A DNA stretch of 64,000 nt from assembly GCA_963775685.1 (NCBI GenBank), contig CAVZJV010000014.1:2144001-2208000 (forward strand). The letters are read 5' to 3'. Positions 52,735-61,956 of the stretch are shown here, piece by piece. Under the pieces are notes generated by a model that saw nothing but the letters and a program-made list of their open reading frames with translations, had not been told where the DNA came from and made no database searches. The position numbers and the translations under genes were made by a program. Every line of letters begins with the position of its first letter. Position 1 is the stretch's first letter. The stretch comes from Candidatus Bathyarchaeota archaeon. Lineage in GTDB: Archaea; Thermoproteota; Bathyarchaeia; Bathyarchaeales; Bathycorpusculaceae.

Positions 52735-53082
52735 TTAACTTTCTATCAATAACGCCAAGTAGCAGATCTGTCTGTATTGGTTTTTCCAGAAGCGCGTCTG
52801 CGCCTTCAATGCTGTTTTGCCAAAAGGGTCTTTTCCTGTAGGCGTAATCTTCACCGCGCTTGAGGAAGTTGCGTGTATTAGTAGAAAAAGCTCGGTGCCT
52901 TGCATATCAGGGAGACGTAAATCAATCAACGCGACATCGTAGTGGTTGTTGCTTTTTTTCAATGGCGTCTTTGCCCTTTTTCCAACTTCTACAAAATAGC
53001 CTCTCCTCTGGAAAACTTTAGTTAAAGTTCGCAGAATCACTGTGTCATCATCGATGATCAGTATAGAATGGCTTGCCGGCAA
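52735..53082 (-). pseudogene. Receiver-domain response regulator, frameshifted
   Basis: ILIIDDD...YDVALIDLRLPDMQG. Confidence 0.7.
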
Positions 53083-53167
53083 AACACAAGCCTCAAAACC
53101 TACTAAATATTGCCGCTGTCAAGTTTATTTTCCCCTATGTAAAAGACAAATCTCAGCATCTCTTAGC

Positions 53168-53410
53168 TTAAGCGGCGGGCTGTTTAATCCAAACTTTTAC
53201 CTTGTTCTGCACCTTTATTCGACCCTCAGTCTGCATCAGTCTAATCTGAGACTCGACAATTCTTTCATCTGCCGTGTGAAATTCTTTCTTGATTGCGTCT
53301 TCTAGCTTTGGTATGTTAATGTGTTCAGCTGCACCCACAACATTCCAAAAACAAACCTGTACCCTCTGTCTTCCTTTTTGCGCTTCCAAATCGAAGTCTT
53401 TACCCATCAA
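53168..53410 (-). CDS. Small hypothetical protein
   Basis: 80-aa ORF. Confidence 0.55.
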   Translation of the reverse strand: MMGKDFDLEAQKGRQRVQVCFWNVVGAAEHINIPKLEDAIKKEFHTADERIVESQIRLMQTEGRIKVQNKVKVWIKQPAA

Positions 53411-53413
53411 CAG

Positions 53414-53533
53414 TTACCTTGCACAGTATGGGTCTTCATTTTTTGCTTTGTGGTGATTTACGCATTCTTGGCAGTCGCCATGTCTTAGGCAATCTTTCTT
53501 TGGGCAGGGGCAATTCGGAGCTTTAGATGACAT
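53414..53533 (-). CDS. Tiny Cys/His-rich protein (DUF6485-like)
   Basis: MSSKAPNCPCPKKDCLRHGDCQECVNHHKAKNEDPYCAR; below the ORF-track cutoff. Confidence 0.6.
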   Translation of the reverse strand: MSSKAPNCPCPKKDCLRHGDCQECVNHHKAKNEDPYCAR

Positions 53534-53622
53534 AACCAAACATACTGGTTAAGCAAATATATTCATTGCCGAGCCAAATCTGCCATATGTACCGTCAACC
53601 TAATTAGTGACCGTAAACTCCC

Positions 53623-54048
53623 ATGCTACATAAGGCAAAAAACATGACTGCTGCCCCATTAGCTAGCACAATAATTGCCATAGGCTTAATCCCCGTCGCA
53701 TTTCTCTTCGTCCATGCGTTCCTCAGTGGCCGAGGAAAAAGCCGCATCCACCCAGTCACAGGAACGATTGCAATTACGTGGGACCTTGTTATGTCTATTG
53801 GCTATATGCTCCTACGCAGTGTAACCATAGCTTTGACTCCACTTTTGACAGTTTATTTTGGAATCCATGGAGCAATAGCCGTAATTGTTATGGGTTTGGA
53901 AATTTCGGTTCTCGCCATCGGCATTCTACAGGTAAAACAGAAAACGCCGAACAAATGGCACCGCAAACTAGTAAAGTTTCTTTTTCCAATCTGGTGGTTT
54001 GCGTTCCTTTCGGGAGAAATAGTTTACCTACTAATGTACGTATTCTAA
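53623..54048 (+). CDS. Membrane protein (DUF420-like)
   Basis: Four TM helices with conserved-looking His residues. Confidence 0.6.
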   Translation: MLHKAKNMTAAPLASTIIAIGLIPVAFLFVHAFLSGRGKSRIHPVTGTIAITWDLVMSIGYMLLRSVTIALTPLLTVYFGIHGAIAVIVMGLEISVLAIGILQVKQKTPNKWHRKLVKFLFPIWWFAFLSGEIVYLLMYVF

Positions 54049-54057
54049 AAAAAGAGT

Positions 54058-56040
54058 TTAGTGGAACAGAGTTAGTAGCCTGAAGGCTAAACCACCAATC
54101 AAGACAGCCGCTCCAATGTTGGCTAACGAAATGGTTGTTGCGGCTTTCCAACCGAACTCTTTTCCCAAAATCGCCACCGTCGACACGCAGGGTATGTAAA
54201 GCATCGCTACCAACGCCATCACAACCAGCTGCACAGGCGAGAAGTACAATGCCAAATTAGTAGTGCCAAAGATTGCTACAGCACCCAAAAGCACGAACTC
54301 TTTGCGCACAGTGCCCAAGATTAGTAGTACTCCAGCCGCGGCGGGTAAGCCAAGCCACCAAACCGTCAATGGCGAAAGCGCATTACTAATGGGCGTTAAC
54401 ACATTGTACACATACAACGCTTGGAGCAAGGCACTCCCTACGATGTAGATGGGAAACACTATGTAGATGATAGATTTGGTTCTGGCCCACGTCTGCTTGA
54501 GCACGACTTTAAGTGAGGGCATCTTGAAGCTACTCATCTCCATAATCAACCCAGTGGATTTACCCGGAACAACTTTCATGGCGATTCTGCCTAAACCAAA
54601 AATTATTGCAACATCAACCACATAGAGCAGCAGAGCCCACTGTATACCGACAAATAACCCAACCATGCCAAATAGCACGATTGTTCTCGCTGAGCATGGC
54701 GCGAAAGTTATGGCGAAAGCTGCCAAAAGCCGCTCACGTCGGGTCTCCATGATTTTGCATGCCTGAATCGCGGGCACGTTACAACCGTAACCCAAAATAA
54801 TCGGAATCAAAGCTTTGCCATGTAAACCCATTTTGTGCATAGCGCTATCCATCACAAAGGCTACGCGGGTGAGAATGCCTGAGTTTTCAACCAAAGCCAA
54901 CAGTAGGTAAAATGGGACGACGAAAGGGATAATCAGGGTCATTCCCGCGTTGAATCCGCCCCAAACACCGTTCAAAACAATCGATAGAATCGGTTGGGAC
55001 ACTGACAAAGCGGGATCAACTGGTGTAATCAAGCTTAATCCGCTTGAAATCAAATTAGATAATCCATTTCCTATAAAAAACGTCCAAAGCAGCAACCCAG
55101 CGATTATTCCCACCGAAGTGAAATATCCCAGCACCCTGTGAGTGGTTAACCATTCAAGTTTTTCAGAGAAAGTGCTCTTAACTTCGCTCTGCTGGAGTGC
55201 AGAAGCAGCGATGGAACTTGCCAAGGCATATCTTTCAGAAGCAATAAGCGAGAAACATGCTTCTTGGCAGGTGCTGGACATTTCCTTTGAAATAGCTACG
55301 GCAGAATCGATGACCGCCCTTGACTGGGCAGAAACGAGCTTGACGATTTCAACATCGCCCTCAAGCAGTTTTATAGCAAGCCAACGAGGGGGATACTGCA
55401 ACGAAAGGTTTGCTTTTTCAACAACCTCTCTTAGTTTCTCTATGGTTTCCTCAACTTCTCGTCGGTACTTTAGATGCTTGGTTTTCGGCTTTGACAGGGC
55501 TACATTTACAGCTTCACCCATAAGTTCATAGATGCCTTCGCCCCGTGTTGCAACTACAAAAACAACAGGCACGCCAAGGATTCCCTGTAACTTTTCCTTG
55601 TCAATTACCATACCTTTGCTTTTGGCAACATCCACTTGGTTTATGCACAAAACCAAAGGCGCCTGCATTTCGAGCAACTGAATCGTAAAGAACAAGTTTC
55701 TTTCCAAAACTGAAGCGTCAACAACATTTATGACCACGTCGGGCTCTTCAAGAGCAATGTAGTCCCTCGAAACAAGTTCCTCCATGGAAAACGTCGAAAA
55801 CGAGTAAATTCCTGGCAAATCAATAATTTTAATTTCGTAGCCTTCATAGCATAACGTACCCTCTGCGCGGTCCACAGTTTTTCCGGGCCAATTACCAATT
55901 ATCTGGTTTGACCCAGTGAGCTGGTTAAAGATGACGCTTTTGCCTACGTTGGCGTTTCCTGCGAGCGCAAAAGTTAGTTGATTACCAGTTTCTCTGTTGG
56001 GTTTTTTAGTCTTTGATTTAGGGTTAGGATGACATGACAA
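54058..56040 (-). CDS. feoB: Ferrous iron transport protein B
   Basis: GNANVGKS, GNWPGKTV, DLPG, ERNL, GYGCNVPA, PCSAR. Confidence 0.95.
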   Translation of the reverse strand: MSCHPNPKSKTKKPNRETGNQLTFALAGNANVGKSVIFNQLTGSNQIIGNWPGKTVDRAEGTLCYEGYEIKIIDLPGIYSFSTFSMEELVSRDYIALEEPDVVINVVDASVLERNLFFTIQLLEMQAPLVLCINQVDVAKSKGMVIDKEKLQGILGVPVVFVVATRGEGIYELMGEAVNVALSKPKTKHLKYRREVEETIEKLREVVEKANLSLQYPPRWLAIKLLEGDVEIVKLVSAQSRAVIDSAVAISKEMSSTCQEACFSLIASERYALASSIAASALQQSEVKSTFSEKLEWLTTHRVLGYFTSVGIIAGLLLWTFFIGNGLSNLISSGLSLITPVDPALSVSQPILSIVLNGVWGGFNAGMTLIIPFVVPFYLLLALVENSGILTRVAFVMDSAMHKMGLHGKALIPIILGYGCNVPAIQACKIMETRRERLLAAFAITFAPCSARTIVLFGMVGLFVGIQWALLLYVVDVAIIFGLGRIAMKVVPGKSTGLIMEMSSFKMPSLKVVLKQTWARTKSIIYIVFPIYIVGSALLQALYVYNVLTPISNALSPLTVWWLGLPAAAGVLLILGTVRKEFVLLGAVAIFGTTNLALYFSPVQLVVMALVAMLYIPCVSTVAILGKEFGWKAATTISLANIGAAVLIGGLAFRLLTLFH

Positions 56041-56055
56041 AGTTTGTAACCCTCC

Positions 56056-56775
56056 TCAACTCATATGTTCTGTCTCAACGAAAACTTTTGATGCGATACC
56101 TCTGCCAAGAGCTAATTTTGAACCCCGCACTGAAATCTCAATAGGCCCCTCAAATGGCGCTGCTTTTAACAGAGTTATCTTTGTGCTAGGTGTTAACCCC
56201 ATATCTAAGAGTCGCTGAAGCACGATGTGACCACCTCTTATGAAGGAAATTTTGCCTGATTGGCCCGCTTTTAACTCACTCAACGCAACAAGGTTTTCCT
56301 TTCGTTTTCCTACTTCTTCTAAGCCTTGACTGTGAAGTTGAATGCATTCTTCACAATTTGAAAAAGGTAAGTTACAGGCTGGAATTGTTTTACCGTCATC
56401 GGAACAAATGTCTGGATGTTTTAGGAGACGGCATAGTGATTCTTCTGCCTCGTCGGAGAGGGAGTGTTCCATTTGACAGGCTTCCTTGTGGACTTTGTCT
56501 TTTCCAATGTGTAAAACGTCGGAGAGGAAGGTTTCAAGCAAGCGGTGTTTTCGAGTTACTTTTTGGGCTTCTTGGAGTCCTCTTTCGGTAAGGGTACTTC
56601 CGTGGTAGGGCGAATAGTTTACGTAGCCGTCTTGAGAAAGTTTTTTTAGCATCTCTGTTACGCTTGCGGGTGCAACTTCTAGTCTTTGGGAGATTTCGGT
56701 TGTGCTGACTAAGTCTCCGTTTTTGGATTGGCTGTAAATGGCTTTGAGGTAGTCTTGGGTTGATTTTTGCTCCAT
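56056..56775 (-). CDS. DtxR/IdeR-family metal-dependent regulator with C-terminal FeoA domain
   Basis: DYLKAIY, ASVTEML, RKHRLLE, EACQMEH; FeoA RLLDMGL..AAPFEGPI. Confidence 0.92.
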   Translation of the reverse strand: MEQKSTQDYLKAIYSQSKNGDLVSTTEISQRLEVAPASVTEMLKKLSQDGYVNYSPYHGSTLTERGLQEAQKVTRKHRLLETFLSDVLHIGKDKVHKEACQMEHSLSDEAEESLCRLLKHPDICSDDGKTIPACNLPFSNCEECIQLHSQGLEEVGKRKENLVALSELKAGQSGKISFIRGGHIVLQRLLDMGLTPSTKITLLKAAPFEGPIEISVRGSKLALGRGIASKVFVETEHMS

Positions 56776-56790
56776 TCTTCTCGCCTCAAA

Positions 56791-56838
56791 TTTAGGTAAA
56801 CCTAAACTTTGCCTAATAAATGTTTAGGCATACCTAAA
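56791..56838. promoter_or_regulatory. Two DtxR-type operator boxes
   Basis: TTTAGGTAAACCTAAA (56791-56806) and TTTAGGCATACCTAAA (56823-56838), directly upstream of the regulator-feoB operon. Confidence 0.8.
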
Positions 56839-56950
56839 AAATAACTTCCATCAAACATGACACATTAAAACCCTTGAACTTCCACCCCCTTCCAGTAACG
56901 GCTAAATACTGCAAAGACTAATTCCGTTGATGCCCAGCAGAGGGAAAACA

Positions 56951-58288
56951 ATGAAAGACCTGCCCAATTTAGTCCAAGACATCGTGGAAGCCACACGCAA
57001 ACACGAACTATACCGCGACAAAGAATGCATAAACATGATAGCCAGCGAAGGACTAAAATCTCCTGCTGTCAACCAAATGCTCGACCTCTCACACGACCTT
57101 GCATGCAGGTACGCCGAAGGAGAAAACGACGCCCAAGGACACGTAAAAAAACGCTACTACCAAGGGCAAAAATACATGTCCCAGATAGAGGATTTTGCAA
57201 CCGACATCATGAAAAGCCTCTTCAACTGCACCTGGGCAGACGTCCGTCTGGTTTCTGGAACCCATGCGAACCTTGCAACTTTCAAGGGCTTGTCTCTAGC
57301 CTCAAAGAATAACAAGATGGTTGTCACGCCACTTAGTTGCGGTGCCCACATCAGTCACGATTACACGGGGTTAGCTGGCAACATACTCGGCTTAGACAAC
57401 ATAAATCACGTTTACAACATTGACGAATTCAACATCGACGCGGAAAAATCCGCGTATGTCATCCGCGCTGCCAAACCCGGAATTGTCACATTTGGCGGCA
57501 GCCTCTTTCTGTTTCCCCATCCGATAAAAGAGTTAACGGAAGTCTGCCATGAAGTTGGTGCATACATCGCCTATGACGCCTCACACGTGCTCGGCTTAAT
57601 CGCGGGTGGACAATTCCAAGACCCCCTTCGTGAAGGCGCAGACTTCATAACATCTTCAACACACAAAACCTTCCCAGGACCCCAAGGTGGAGTAATAATG
57701 GGAAGCCCAAACAGTCCCGCAACTGAGAAGGCAGTGAGAAAGATACAGTTCGCGGTTTTCCCACTTAGCGCTTCAAGCACCCATCTTGGCAGGTTACCTG
57801 CACTCAGCATAGCTGCCTTGGAAATGAAGGTTTTTGGTCCACAACTGGCAAAACAAATTGTCAAAAATGCCCAAACCGCAGGCCAATACCTCTGCGAAAA
57901 CGGCGTCAAGGTCCTCGCTGAACACAAAGGCTTCACACAATCTCACCAGATTGCACTTGATATTCGCAGTTTTGGCGGAGGCAACAAAATCGCACAAGAC
58001 CTTGAAGACGCAAATATAATCCTAAACAAGAACCTTCTGCCCTACGATGATCAAAGTACAAAAGAGAACCCCTCAGGATTGCGAGTTGGTTTCCAAGATA
58101 TAACTAGACGGGGTTTTGCAGAAGGCGACATCAAGCATCTGTGCGACCTGATGCTTGACGTAATCAAAGGCAAACGCAGCCCTGCCCAAGTGAAAATGGA
58201 AGTTTTGGCTCTCAAAAAAGAGTTCAACAGCGTAAAGTACGGGTTCCAAGACGTTGAAGAAGGCTTAAACTACATCAAAAAGGTTTAA
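56951..58288 (+). CDS. glyA: Serine hydroxymethyltransferase
   Basis: INMIASE, RYAEG, SGTHAN, YDASH, STHKTFPGPQGG, NKNLLP, SGLRVG. Confidence 0.95.
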   Translation: MKDLPNLVQDIVEATRKHELYRDKECINMIASEGLKSPAVNQMLDLSHDLACRYAEGENDAQGHVKKRYYQGQKYMSQIEDFATDIMKSLFNCTWADVRLVSGTHANLATFKGLSLASKNNKMVVTPLSCGAHISHDYTGLAGNILGLDNINHVYNIDEFNIDAEKSAYVIRAAKPGIVTFGGSLFLFPHPIKELTEVCHEVGAYIAYDASHVLGLIAGGQFQDPLREGADFITSSTHKTFPGPQGGVIMGSPNSPATEKAVRKIQFAVFPLSASSTHLGRLPALSIAALEMKVFGPQLAKQIVKNAQTAGQYLCENGVKVLAEHKGFTQSHQIALDIRSFGGGNKIAQDLEDANIILNKNLLPYDDQSTKENPSGLRVGFQDITRRGFAEGDIKHLCDLMLDVIKGKRSPAQVKMEVLALKKEFNSVKYGFQDVEEGLNYIKKV

Positions 58289-58357
58289 ACCTCAATTTTT
58301 CACCTTTTGCCCTAAACATTAATTAAGTAACTTTTCGCTTTTTAGCACTGAAAACCA

Positions 58358-58648
58358 ATGACCTTCGATCCTCTTTCGGTTCTCTTCTTGATTGTTGCCA
58401 TAGGTTTTGTTGTGCTTTTTGTTTTGTTACCAAGATATGGGCCACACTACACATCGAGATTGACCTGCCCTAACTGCAGAAAAAGCTTCAATTTCCACTG
58501 GGTGCCCGGCGCCACAATAGCCTCTCTTGTTTACCGAGGTAGGCGACAACTAAAATGTCCCTACTGCCATGTGAAATCAACCTACGAAATAGCATCAACA
58601 AGAGTTACCAAACCAAAAAACTCCCAAAAAGCCAAGCTCAAAGCTTAA
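58358..58648 (+). CDS. Membrane-anchored double-CXXC zinc-ribbon protein
   Basis: N-terminal TM helix; CPNC, CPYC. Confidence 0.7.
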   Translation: MTFDPLSVLFLIVAIGFVVLFVLLPRYGPHYTSRLTCPNCRKSFNFHWVPGATIASLVYRGRRQLKCPYCHVKSTYEIASTRVTKPKNSQKAKLKA

Positions 58649-58732
58649 ACAACCTGCGGTTTATTTCAGAGAACTTTATTATCCACAACAGCAATCAAAC
58701 TTTTAATTAATCTTTACTGGAGATCCCTTAGC

Positions 58733-59917
58733 ATGAAAGTATTGTTGAATGACGGTTTGGAGAAGGAAGGCTTGAAAGTCTTCCAAGAAGCAGGCATAGA
58801 AACCGACGCCAAAAAAAGAGAGTTAGCTGCTCTTGTCGCCGAGATTAACCAGTTTGATGCTTTAGTTGTCCGCAGCGCCACAAAAGTTACGCGCGAGGTT
58901 TTGGAGGCAGGAGCCAGAGGCAAACTCAAAATCGTAGGCAGAGCAGGCGTAGGATACGACAATATCGATGTGGCGGCAGCCTCAGAGTTTGGTATTGTAG
59001 TAAAATCTGCACCTTATGGAAGCACCAACGCCGTCACGGAATTGACCATCGGTTTAATGCTGAGCATCTCAAGAAACACCCCCCAAGCCCACTCTTTACT
59101 AAAGGCTGGCGTTTGGGAAAAAGACAAACTCAAAGGAAAAGAATTAGCCTACAAAACGCTGGGTCTTTTAGGTTGTGGCAGAATTGGACAAAAGGTCGCT
59201 CAAATCGCCAAACGCGGCTTCGACATGGAAGTCATAGGCTACGACATTAAACCATGTTTTGAATCAGGCATAAAGTTCATGACAAAAGAAGAAGTCCTCG
59301 CCAAAGCAGATTACATCAGCATCCACACAGGCGGCAAAGAAACAATTATCACCGAAAAAGACTTCGCCCTGATGAAACCTACAGCTTACGTAATCAACAC
59401 CTCAAGAGGAAATAACATTGACCAACAAGCCCTCTATAAAGCACTAAAAGAAGGCAAAATCGCAGGCGCCGCAATAGATGTCTACAAAGAAGAACCCAAA
59501 ATGGAAGGTGCTGAATTCAAAGACCAACTTAGAGAACTCGATAACATCGTTTTAAGTTGTCACCTTGGAGCATCAACCGCAGAGGCGCAACGTGAAACTT
59601 CAACAGAAATTGCCAGAGTCATATCAGGATACCTTTTAGGCGGAGACTTCACCAACTCCGTCAACGCTGGAGAAAACATCGAAGTCGAGGAAAAACCAGT
59701 TCACACTCTGTTCATCCACCACCGAGACGTTCCAGGCGTGTTCGCAAACATCGACAAAGTCCTAGCTGACTGCGACATAAACATACGCGCAAACTATTCA
59801 AGGCAAATCGGCAACAGCGGCTACGCCATATCAGTCTACGTGCTCCACAAAAAAGTCACACCAGAAATCATCAACAAACTCAAAGCAATCCCAAACATTT
59901 GCAACGTTAAATTCTAA
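58733..59917 (+). CDS. serA: D-3-phosphoglycerate dehydrogenase with ACT domain
   Basis: VRSATKV, GRAGVGYDNID, GCGRIG, NTSRG, HLGAST.EAQ, H.DVPGV. Confidence 0.9.
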   Translation: MKVLLNDGLEKEGLKVFQEAGIETDAKKRELAALVAEINQFDALVVRSATKVTREVLEAGARGKLKIVGRAGVGYDNIDVAAASEFGIVVKSAPYGSTNAVTELTIGLMLSISRNTPQAHSLLKAGVWEKDKLKGKELAYKTLGLLGCGRIGQKVAQIAKRGFDMEVIGYDIKPCFESGIKFMTKEEVLAKADYISIHTGGKETIITEKDFALMKPTAYVINTSRGNNIDQQALYKALKEGKIAGAAIDVYKEEPKMEGAEFKDQLRELDNIVLSCHLGASTAEAQRETSTEIARVISGYLLGGDFTNSVNAGENIEVEEKPVHTLFIHHRDVPGVFANIDKVLADCDINIRANYSRQIGNSGYAISVYVLHKKVTPEIINKLKAIPNICNVKF

Positions 59918-59968
59918 GTCGCCTGTTTCACACAGGCATATAAACAACTTTTCTTCTTTTAAGTAGTT

Positions 59969-60649
59969 ATGCACTTAGGAGTTTTATTCTCAGGCGGCAA
60001 AGACTCAACCCTTGCTCTACACTTGGCTAAAGAGAAAGAGGAAGTAGCTTGCCTAATCACGGTTGTTTCAAAGAACAAAGAAAGTTACATGTTCCACACC
60101 CCAAACATTGAAATGACTGAGCTTCAGGCTGAAGCCTTGGGGTTGCCGTTGATTTCGGTGGCTACTGAGGGGCAAAAAGAAGAGGAGCTTGCCGAATTAG
60201 AGAAGGCAATTGCGCAGGCAAAAAGTAGCTTTCAAATCGACGGTGTGGTCACGGGTGCTGTGGAATCAGTATATCAAGCCTCCAGGGTTCAACGCATCTG
60301 CAGCCGTCTTGATGTCTGGTGCTTCAACCCACTGTGGAAACATGATCAGAAAACGCTTTTGGAAACTTTTGTTGAAAGAAAATTTCAAGTATTAATTTCG
60401 GGAATTTTTGCTTATCCCCTTGATGAGAAATGGCTTGGGAAACAAATAGACGTACAGGTGATAGCGCGATTAATGGAGCTCCAAAGCCAATATGGAATTA
60501 GCCCCTCTGGGGAGGGGGGAGAGATTGAAACGATTGTCCTCAATGCCCCATTGTTTAAACGGAAAATAGAAATCCTCGATTTCGCGGTTGAGGCTAAAGA
60601 CAACTGTGGAGTTTTCCAAATAAAGCAGGCTCGGTTGGTTGAGAAATGA
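59969..60649 (+). CDS. dph6: Diphthine--ammonia ligase
   Basis: FSGGKDS, SYMFH, GEGGEIET. Confidence 0.9.
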   Translation: MHLGVLFSGGKDSTLALHLAKEKEEVACLITVVSKNKESYMFHTPNIEMTELQAEALGLPLISVATEGQKEEELAELEKAIAQAKSSFQIDGVVTGAVESVYQASRVQRICSRLDVWCFNPLWKHDQKTLLETFVERKFQVLISGIFAYPLDEKWLGKQIDVQVIARLMELQSQYGISPSGEGGEIETIVLNAPLFKRKIEILDFAVEAKDNCGVFQIKQARLVEK

Positions 60650-61194
60650 TTTTGGTTGTAGACATGAACTGGAGCCAGAGGTCGTTGGCTTTCAACGAGT
60701 TTGTTTCCCCAATCGTTACCGTTGTTCAGCAGCTTGAGAAATGCTTGGTAAAGCATTTTTTGGATATCGAATCCTCCGAACTGGAAGGTTACAGCAAGGT
60801 TGTGCTCTCAGGAACAGCGCTTAAAGACCATGCCACGCTAAAGCAGGTTGACAAGTTCAATTGGATTAAAAAATATGACAAGCCCATTTTGGGGATTTGC
60901 GCTGGCATGCAGACAATCAGTTTAGTTTTCGATGACCCCTTGATGAGTTGCCTGCAAGTCGGAATGATCGAAATCACAACGCTTAAAGAAAACCCCCTGT
61001 TTCAAGCCGACTTTAAAGCTTACGCGCTTCACAACTACTCAACTGCGCCTTCCCGAACCTTTGAAACACTCGCAAAATCCACAAAATGCATCCAAGCAAT
61101 AAAACACAAACAAAAGAGCATCTACGGTGTCCTGTTTCATCCTGAGGTGCGAAACCAAGAAATCCTAAAACGCTTTATGCAATTAAATCAATGA
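60646..61194 (+). CDS. Class I glutamine amidotransferase
   Basis: PILGICAGMQ and FHPE catalytic motifs. Confidence 0.85.
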   Translation: MILVVDMNWSQRSLAFNEFVSPIVTVVQQLEKCLVKHFLDIESSELEGYSKVVLSGTALKDHATLKQVDKFNWIKKYDKPILGICAGMQTISLVFDDPLMSCLQVGMIEITTLKENPLFQADFKAYALHNYSTAPSRTFETLAKSTKCIQAIKHKQKSIYGVLFHPEVRNQEILKRFMQLNQ

Positions 61195-61436
61195 GCAAGC
61201 TTCGGGGTATGGAAATGCACTTAAGCGGCGAACACTTACAACCCCAAATGCAACCTCCAAGGATTCTAATCAAGCCGGGCATCCGAGTAAAAATTGTTTT
61301 GAAGCAAGACCAGCGAAGTGGCAAATTAACTGAGGGCGCTGTCGAAGAAATTCTTACCAGCAGCCCAACTCACCCGCATGGGATCAAAGTAAGGCTTACA
61401 GACGGCAAAGTCGGCAGAGTACAATCAATTGGTTAA
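61191..61436 (+). CDS. YwbE-family protein
   Basis: IVLKQDQRSGKLTEG.V..ILT.S..HPHGIKVRL.DG.VGRV. Confidence 0.85.
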   Translation: MSKLRGMEMHLSGEHLQPQMQPPRILIKPGIRVKIVLKQDQRSGKLTEGAVEEILTSSPTHPHGIKVRLTDGKVGRVQSIG

Positions 61437-61474
61437 TTTCTGTATGCTGGCCATTGACAGAAAAAAGTAAACAG

Positions 61475-61720
61475 TTAAGGGGTCTGTTCAGAATTGACCT
61501 CTTGTTCAGCTTGTGTTTTTGGTTCTGCTTTTGCTGGCTTCGAAGTAATGAAAGCCACTGCGAATGAAAGAACCGCGGCGACTATGAAGGGAACCATCGC
61601 TGTTAAGACGCTTAACCCAATAAAGATTGCAGGAGCCGCTGACGAATAAAGCGTCGCATCTAACTCGTAATTTATAATCGCTGCAAACACAGAAAATACT
61701 ACGAAGATAATGCCAAACAC
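61475..61720 (-). CDS. Small membrane protein
   Basis: Two TM helices. Confidence 0.6.
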   Translation of the reverse strand: MFGIIFVVFSVFAAIINYELDATLYSSAAPAIFIGLSVLTAMVPFIVAAVLSFAVAFITSKPAKAEPKTQAEQEVNSEQTP

Positions 61721-61956
61721 TTTGGCAATTTTGTTTATAATTTTCCAGTTACCTATTTGTCCTCACCAATTATCTTCTGCTTGTACTTGCGTCCTTTTAA
61801 GGAATTGCTATTTCAAGATGACACTGCTTATGATCGAATAATCAAAAAATCATTCAATAAAAAAAATTAGGTCAATATAGCATGTTGACGCTTGGCAGAA
61901 ATGGTTAAGAGTTAAGAGTGTGTTTTTTTAATGTAGCTATTAGGAGGATTTTTGTT

